Below, piece by piece: positions 58,940 to 64,000 of a DNA stretch of 64,000 nucleotides (position 1 is its first letter; each line of letters starts with the position of its first letter). The translations under genes were made by a program, and so were the position numbers. This DNA is from Candidatus Latescibacterota bacterium (GTDB lineage Bacteria > Latescibacterota > UBA2968 > GCA-2709665), in contig CAXXJS010000040.1 in the NCBI GenBank assembly GCA_963662665.2, forward strand, positions 320,001 through 384,000, given 5' to 3'. The notes beneath the pieces are model-generated. The model was given only the letters and a program-made list of their open reading frames with translations. It did not search any database and was not told the origin of the DNA.

Positions 58940-61900
58940 ATGAGCAGGCTCAGGTTTTTGACGGGCGCTTCGGTCGTGTTGATTGCCGTGTGCTTTGCCG
59001 CCAGCACGGTCATGGCAGCGACAACCGGCAAAATCGTCGGTCGCGTGACCGACGAGAAGGGGGAACCCCTGCCGGGGGCGAGCGTGGCGATAGAGGAAGC
59101 CCGGCTGGGTGGTACCACCGATGCCGACGGATTCTACGTGATCGTCTCGGTAACGCCCGGCCAGTACAAGCTAACGGCATCGATGGTGGGGTTTCACTCG
59201 GTAGTCCAGGAACAGGTGGGCGTACGGGTGGACTTCACCACAACGGTCAACTTTCAACTTCGTGAAACCGAATTGGAACTGGAAGATATGGTGGTGGTCG
59301 CCGAGAGACCGCCGGTCGATCCCGACAAGACGGACAGCCGTTACGTCGTGACCGCCGAGGAGATCGAGCGAACGCCCATTCTGAGAAATGTCACCGAGGT
59401 CCTGGAGCTTGAGCCGGGCTATGCCGTTGACGGCAGCGGCGCGATCCGGGGTTGGGTGGCAAGCCACAACGTCGTCTACGTCGACGGCGTACCCGTTTCC
59501 GGCAGGGACGGGCGCGGCATCGGCGGCGGATGGGGCGACGGCGGCGAGAGACAGTGGTACGGCGTCAACCTCAAGGCGGTGCAGGAGGTCTCGGTCATCA
59601 CGGGCGGTATGAACGCCGAGTACGGAAACGCGCAGGCCGGCGTCATCCAGATTGTAACGCGCGACGGCGGCGCGCAATATCACGGCGAGGCGGAGTATCG
59701 TCTCACCCCTGCCGGAAAGAAACACTGGGGCGCGAACGCCTACGAAGCGCCGGAACTGCGCGGAAACGCGAGGTGGAACGACCCGTCCTGGACGTCCGAG
59801 GTGGACCCGGAGACGGGTAATCTGGTCCACCCGCGTACGAATTATACGGACTGGCGGGGTCACTACCTGGATGGGTTTCTGAGCGGCCCGTTGTTCGGGA
59901 ACTCGTCATTCTTCGCCAGCGCCCGGCACCTGCGTGACGCCGCCGTGCTTCCCGGCCCGTGGCGAACCCGGCCGGCGAACCTGAGGACCACGGCAAAGCT
60001 GACGGTCCCGGCGGGGTCGAACATGAAGCTGCGGATCGGATGGATGTACGACTTCGCGGAAGGCATCAACAACGGACGGCTGTCCAGGTACAGCTTCCCG
60101 AACGTACTCCGGGGACCGGGACGCGACCTCTTCATTCCCGATGGTTCGGTCGCGGGCGAGGAAAAGCAGACGGACAACATGATCTATGGCGTGATCACCC
60201 ATACCATCAGCCCCCGCACGTTCTACGAAGTGAGCGTATCGCGCTACGGAAGCCGAACGGACACCAGCGGCGTGGGGAATAAAACCACGGCCGTCAGGAC
60301 CGACAGCGAAGGGTATTTCTACATCGGCCGGGAAGACGTCTGGGCATTCAAGGTCGGCGAACAGAACCGTTTCAGCCTGAAGGCCGACCTGTCCAGCCAG
60401 ATGACCCGGGGCCACTTCGCCAAGACCGGCTTTGATTTCATGACGTTCGAGAACTGGTGGACCTGGACCGGCATGACGCCCGGTGACGCGAAGCGGGATA
60501 TTCGCTACATCGGACAGCCCGAACCCGGCGAGGCCGTGACGCCCAGGCAGTTCGGCGCCTACGTCCAGGACAAGATGGAGTTCGAGGGGCTGATCGTCAA
60601 CGTCGGCCTGCGCTACGACCGCTTGTGGGGTCAGGACGTACAGCTGCTGCCGTCGTTCACGTCGGGCTGGTACAACGCGATGGATACGTTCATCCAGGCG
60701 CCCACGGGGCCCATGCGGACCATTCAGGGTTGGAGCCCCAGGTTGGGTATCTCACACCCCATCACGGCCAGGTCCAGCATGCATTTCTTTTACGGCCGAT
60801 ACATGATGATCCCCTCCTTCCGGCAACAGTTCGGCAGCCACTGGGAGACGGCTTCAGGACCGCAGGGCATTCCGGGCGTCCCGTGGAGTCATTTCAACGC
60901 GAAAGACGAAAGCTACGGCGCCAACGTCATCAGCCCGGTCTGGGACCACGGTCACCCCACGAACAGTTTCGAAGTGGGCACAGACTGGAACTTCGTAAGC
61001 GATTATGTCTTCTCTCTGGCGGCGTTCTACAAGAGCGGCCACCTGCAGAGTACCGGCATCTGGCACGACGCCGTCGATCCTGTCACGGGCAGGACGGGCG
61101 CCATCGGGGGCACGTACGGTTCCGAGCGCACGGAAGACGTCAAGGGGTTCGAGTTCAGTATGAGGAAGGGCTTCAGCAACTATTTCGCATTCCGCGCCGC
61201 CATGAACCTGGAGTGGCTGGAAGCCATCCACTGGCTGGGCGACCTCGAGTCGGTTGCCAGCGTCCTGGTCTATCCGGACCGGAGTTTCATCGCCAGCGGC
61301 AAGTACCACAAGGAATGGCGCGCCGCGGGCGGTCGACGGGAACCTGTTCCGCTTACCGCCAGCGAGATCCAGGCGCTTGGCGACAAGGCGGAAGAGAACC
61401 TGCAAACGGTCCGGGATAATCCTGAGGCCTTTCTCACCAGCGGCGGCGCCGGACCGGTTCAGCCGGCGTGGGAAGTCGAGGGGCTGACGGACGAAGCGAG
61501 GCAATATCTTCAGGGCATCTGGTTTCAGAAGCTCTGGTTCAGTACCGGCAATATCTTCACGCGCGGGCGCCGCAGCCAGGGCAGTCTTCAGATGTTCTTC
61601 TCCACCCCGCTCGACTTCGGTCCGGGCGCAAGGTACGCGGGCGTCACGCTGTTTGGCGGCATCAACGCCAACCTGATCTACCGGATCTACACGGGCAGCA
61701 AGTTCAATTACATCAAGCTGACCGGAGCCAACACGCCGACGAGAGGGCCGTTGCATACGGAAGCCGACCTGAACCTGCAGAAGCACTTCCGCTTCGGGAA
61801 TCTGAACGCCGATGTGTTCGTGGAAGTGTTCAACCTCTTCAACCAGCAGGACGCGGCGAGCGTCACCGGTACGGACTACATGTGGTGGGGGCTCCAGCAG

Positions 61901-62008
61901 CCCAGGCCCGACGACGCGACTTACCTCAATTACGGGGACGTTTCAGACCGATCCCGCTACATAGGCAATCCCCGGATTACGCACGTGGGAATCAGGTTGA
62001 GCTTCTGA
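58940..62008 (+). CDS. TonB-dependent receptor with an N-terminal carboxypeptidase-regulatory-like domain
   Basis: Signal peptide; TGKIVGRVTD..GEPLPGA; plug ITGGMNAEYGNAQAGVIQI; GLRYD, SPRLG, NLFN; terminal Phe. Confidence 0.92.
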   Translation: MSRLRFLTGASVVLIAVCFAASTVMAATTGKIVGRVTDEKGEPLPGASVAIEEARLGGTTDADGFYVIVSVTPGQYKLTASMVGFHSVVQEQVGVRVDFTTTVNFQLRETELELEDMVVVAERPPVDPDKTDSRYVVTAEEIERTPILRNVTEVLELEPGYAVDGSGAIRGWVASHNVVYVDGVPVSGRDGRGIGGGWGDGGERQWYGVNLKAVQEVSVITGGMNAEYGNAQAGVIQIVTRDGGAQYHGEAEYRLTPAGKKHWGANAYEAPELRGNARWNDPSWTSEVDPETGNLVHPRTNYTDWRGHYLDGFLSGPLFGNSSFFASARHLRDAAVLPGPWRTRPANLRTTAKLTVPAGSNMKLRIGWMYDFAEGINNGRLSRYSFPNVLRGPGRDLFIPDGSVAGEEKQTDNMIYGVITHTISPRTFYEVSVSRYGSRTDTSGVGNKTTAVRTDSEGYFYIGREDVWAFKVGEQNRFSLKADLSSQMTRGHFAKTGFDFMTFENWWTWTGMTPGDAKRDIRYIGQPEPGEAVTPRQFGAYVQDKMEFEGLIVNVGLRYDRLWGQDVQLLPSFTSGWYNAMDTFIQAPTGPMRTIQGWSPRLGISHPITARSSMHFFYGRYMMIPSFRQQFGSHWETASGPQGIPGVPWSHFNAKDESYGANVISPVWDHGHPTNSFEVGTDWNFVSDYVFSLAAFYKSGHLQSTGIWHDAVDPVTGRTGAIGGTYGSERTEDVKGFEFSMRKGFSNYFAFRAAMNLEWLEAIHWLGDLESVASVLVYPDRSFIASGKYHKEWRAAGGRREPVPLTASEIQALGDKAEENLQTVRDNPEAFLTSGGAGPVQPAWEVEGLTDEARQYLQGIWFQKLWFSTGNIFTRGRRSQGSLQMFFSTPLDFGPGARYAGVTLFGGINANLIYRIYTGSKFNYIKLTGANTPTRGPLHTEADLNLQKHFRFGNLNADVFVEVFNLFNQQDAASVTGTDYMWWGLQQPRPDDATYLNYGDVSDRSRYIGNPRITHVGIRLSF

Positions 62009-62074
62009 CGTGGGTGAGCCCCTCCGGAGACGGAGGGACAGAACCCCGTTGGCATCTTTGAGGAGATTAAGGTG

Positions 62075-64000
62075 ATGAAAAAGACAATGTTACGGACGAT
62101 CGCACTCCTGGTCATGTCCCAGGTGTTCGTGAGCGCCGGAAATGCGGAACTCCGGGTCCAGTCCCGCGCGAAGGTGTGGGATATTTACTGGAACTCGGGC
62201 ACCCAGGGGGTGCGCGCCGCTACGCCCATGAGCTGGTACCGACCCGTGGGTATGTCCTATCCCGGCAGGTTCTGGGTGCAGTTCCCCCAGGAATTCGTGG
62301 ATTACTGGGGCACCCGGCGCTGGGGCGTCCGGTCCGAGTGGGTGGTCTACTACAACGAATTATGCGGCACCATGCCCGGCTGGAACCAGTTCATCGCGAC
62401 GAGAGTCGGCGGCGAGTACCACGTTTCCGAATCCAAGGCCACGCTTGAATCCGAGGACGTGGTGCCGATGGCGTACGATCCTTCGCAGGGGCCGGAGAGC
62501 AATATCGGTTACCGGAAGGTATCGCCCCTCGGCCCCGTCATGGCCAACTGGTGGGCGGGCCAGCCCGCGCCGGGGCCCGGTTCGCCGGTGGAAATCCACA
62601 ACTACCGGTACAGCGAATATATGGAGGCCGACAAGGACAATTTTCCGGAGAGCATAATCGTCAGCAAATGGACCACGAAGAACGGCATCACGGTAACCAA
62701 GAAGTCTTACGCATGGAGCTATCCGGATTTCGACGACTTCCAGATTATGGAATATACGTTCGAGAACACCGGAGACTCCGACGGTGACGGCGTGGCGGAC
62801 CTCGGCGGCGGCGGGCTGCAGCTGAACGATACGTTTCTGATTTTCTCCACCCGCTTCTACACCTCCCAGTGCGGCCAGGCCCACTATGCCGGGGATTCGT
62901 TCTTCCGGCGCACAATCCCGATCTCACTGGACGATTGGTACAAGTATACGGAAGCGGCCAACTTCGACGGGCCGGGCGATGCGTTGGGGCTCAAGATGTG
63001 GTACGCCTTCGACGGGGAGAATCCCGATCTGCCGGGAAACGACATCGGCAAACCGTATAGCGAGGAACGTGCGAACTCGAGCTGGCACCAATGCTGTCTC
63101 AAGCAGACGAAGATTGAGGGCGAGATGGGGGCCTTCCAGTACATCGGCGCCGCCCCGCTGGCATATACCCCCGGGTCGGTCAACGATGCCTCGACCTTTA
63201 CGTTCGACACCGGCGGAGACGCGAGTTTCGTGGCGCCCCGGGTAGCGGATCAGCCCCACACGGTAAAATGGTGGGACTACCGGGACCGCACCGATTTTTC
63301 GGAACCCGGTTCCGAGAACAAGAGTTCGGAGCAAATCTACAACGAACTGACCAGTCCCGCGCCATCCATCATGGACAATCCCACCACGGTAGACGGGCTC
63401 ACCGCTTCCTTCGCCTATGGGCCGTACGACCTGGCCCCCGGCGACAAGGTGAGAATTGTCTACGCTCTGGTGGCGGCCGCGCCGGTGGAGGAGAATATCT
63501 GGGGCTGGGCCAAACAGAGCCGGCAGGAAGATATGCTGTCAGACAAACCCATGAACAACCTGCTGAAACACCATAAGGCCGCCACCGACGCCTTCAGGTG
63601 GAACTACGACCTGCCCGATCCCCCACCTGACGTCAAGACAGAAACCGCTGCGTCGGTCGACGGATTCAACCTGATCAAGTGGACCGATGCAGGCGACGAC
63701 GCGACCGACCCGGACTACACGGGCGCCGAGGCGCAGGATATCGTGGGCTACCGGGTCTACCGCTCGGACTATAAAATCGACGACTGGAAGCTGATGGCCG
63801 ATGTTCCGCTGAAGGACCCGGAATACTATAGCGGCGGCACCTACCAGGTTGAAGACAGGAGGTCCGTTGCGGGTTTCGAGTACACCTATCGGGTGGCCGC
63901 CTACGACTCAGGCCACGACGACTGGAACGGGACCGGGATGTCCATTCCCTCCATGGAGGGCGGCAACAGCGCGCCCGAGCAGTGGGCGGGCGGCGTAATG
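62075..64000 (+). CDS. Large secreted protein with an FN3-like region, partial (runs off the window, at least 642 aa; absent from the ORF track)
   Basis: GAGGAG RBS; MKKTMLRTIALLVMSQVFVSAGNA signal peptide; frame appears open to the window end; YAWSYPDFDDF..EYTFENTG, PDPPP, GYRVYRS, YRVAAYD. Confidence 0.8.
   Translation, partial: MKKTMLRTIALLVMSQVFVSAGNAELRVQSRAKVWDIYWNSGTQGVRAATPMSWYRPVGMSYPGRFWVQFPQEFVDYWGTRRWGVRSEWVVYYNELCGTMPGWNQFIATRVGGEYHVSESKATLESEDVVPMAYDPSQGPESNIGYRKVSPLGPVMANWWAGQPAPGPGSPVEIHNYRYSEYMEADKDNFPESIIVSKWTTKNGITVTKKSYAWSYPDFDDFQIMEYTFENTGDSDGDGVADLGGGGLQLNDTFLIFSTRFYTSQCGQAHYAGDSFFRRTIPISLDDWYKYTEAANFDGPGDALGLKMWYAFDGENPDLPGNDIGKPYSEERANSSWHQCCLKQTKIEGEMGAFQYIGAAPLAYTPGSVNDASTFTFDTGGDASFVAPRVADQPHTVKWWDYRDRTDFSEPGSENKSSEQIYNELTSPAPSIMDNPTTVDGLTASFAYGPYDLAPGDKVRIVYALVAAAPVEENIWGWAKQSRQEDMLSDKPMNNLLKHHKAATDAFRWNYDLPDPPPDVKTETAASVDGFNLIKWTDAGDDATDPDYTGAEAQDIVGYRVYRSDYKIDDWKLMADVPLKDPEYYSGGTYQVEDRRSVAGFEYTYRVAAYDSGHDDWNGTGMSIPSMEGGNSAPEQWAGGVM

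Overview
A GC-rich (roughly 60%+, by eye) bacterial chromosomal segment with about 50 protein-coding genes. I saw no rRNA, tRNA, CRISPR array or intact transposase. Several features suggest an FCB-group organism such as Ca. Latescibacterota/Handelsmanbacteria (inference): a GWxTD protein, a DGDGxVDFxDFxxFAxAFG dockerin-like motif, a TonB-dependent receptor without a SusD partner, and many signal-less glycan and sugar enzymes. From left to right the window holds: a heparinase II/III-like protein, cspA, sthA, an RluA-type synthase, a DapA-like lyase, a beta-propeller and msrB; a creatininase-sialidase-aminotransferase cluster; CocE and PSD; a DUF2341/LamG protein with a 7-repeat insert; a duplicated CPBP protease; a minus-strand 2-oxoacid/acetoin dehydrogenase, RidA and PLP-enzyme cluster interrupted by vapBC; a GWxTD protein followed by an in-frame dockerin-like tail; a channel protein with a degenerate filter; and a 13.5-kb co-directional catabolic cluster leading into a GntR, OMP, TonB receptor and large secreted protein module that runs off the window. 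Intergenic regions carry several REP/MITE-like elements. All functional calls come from motif recognition by eye, with no database searches.
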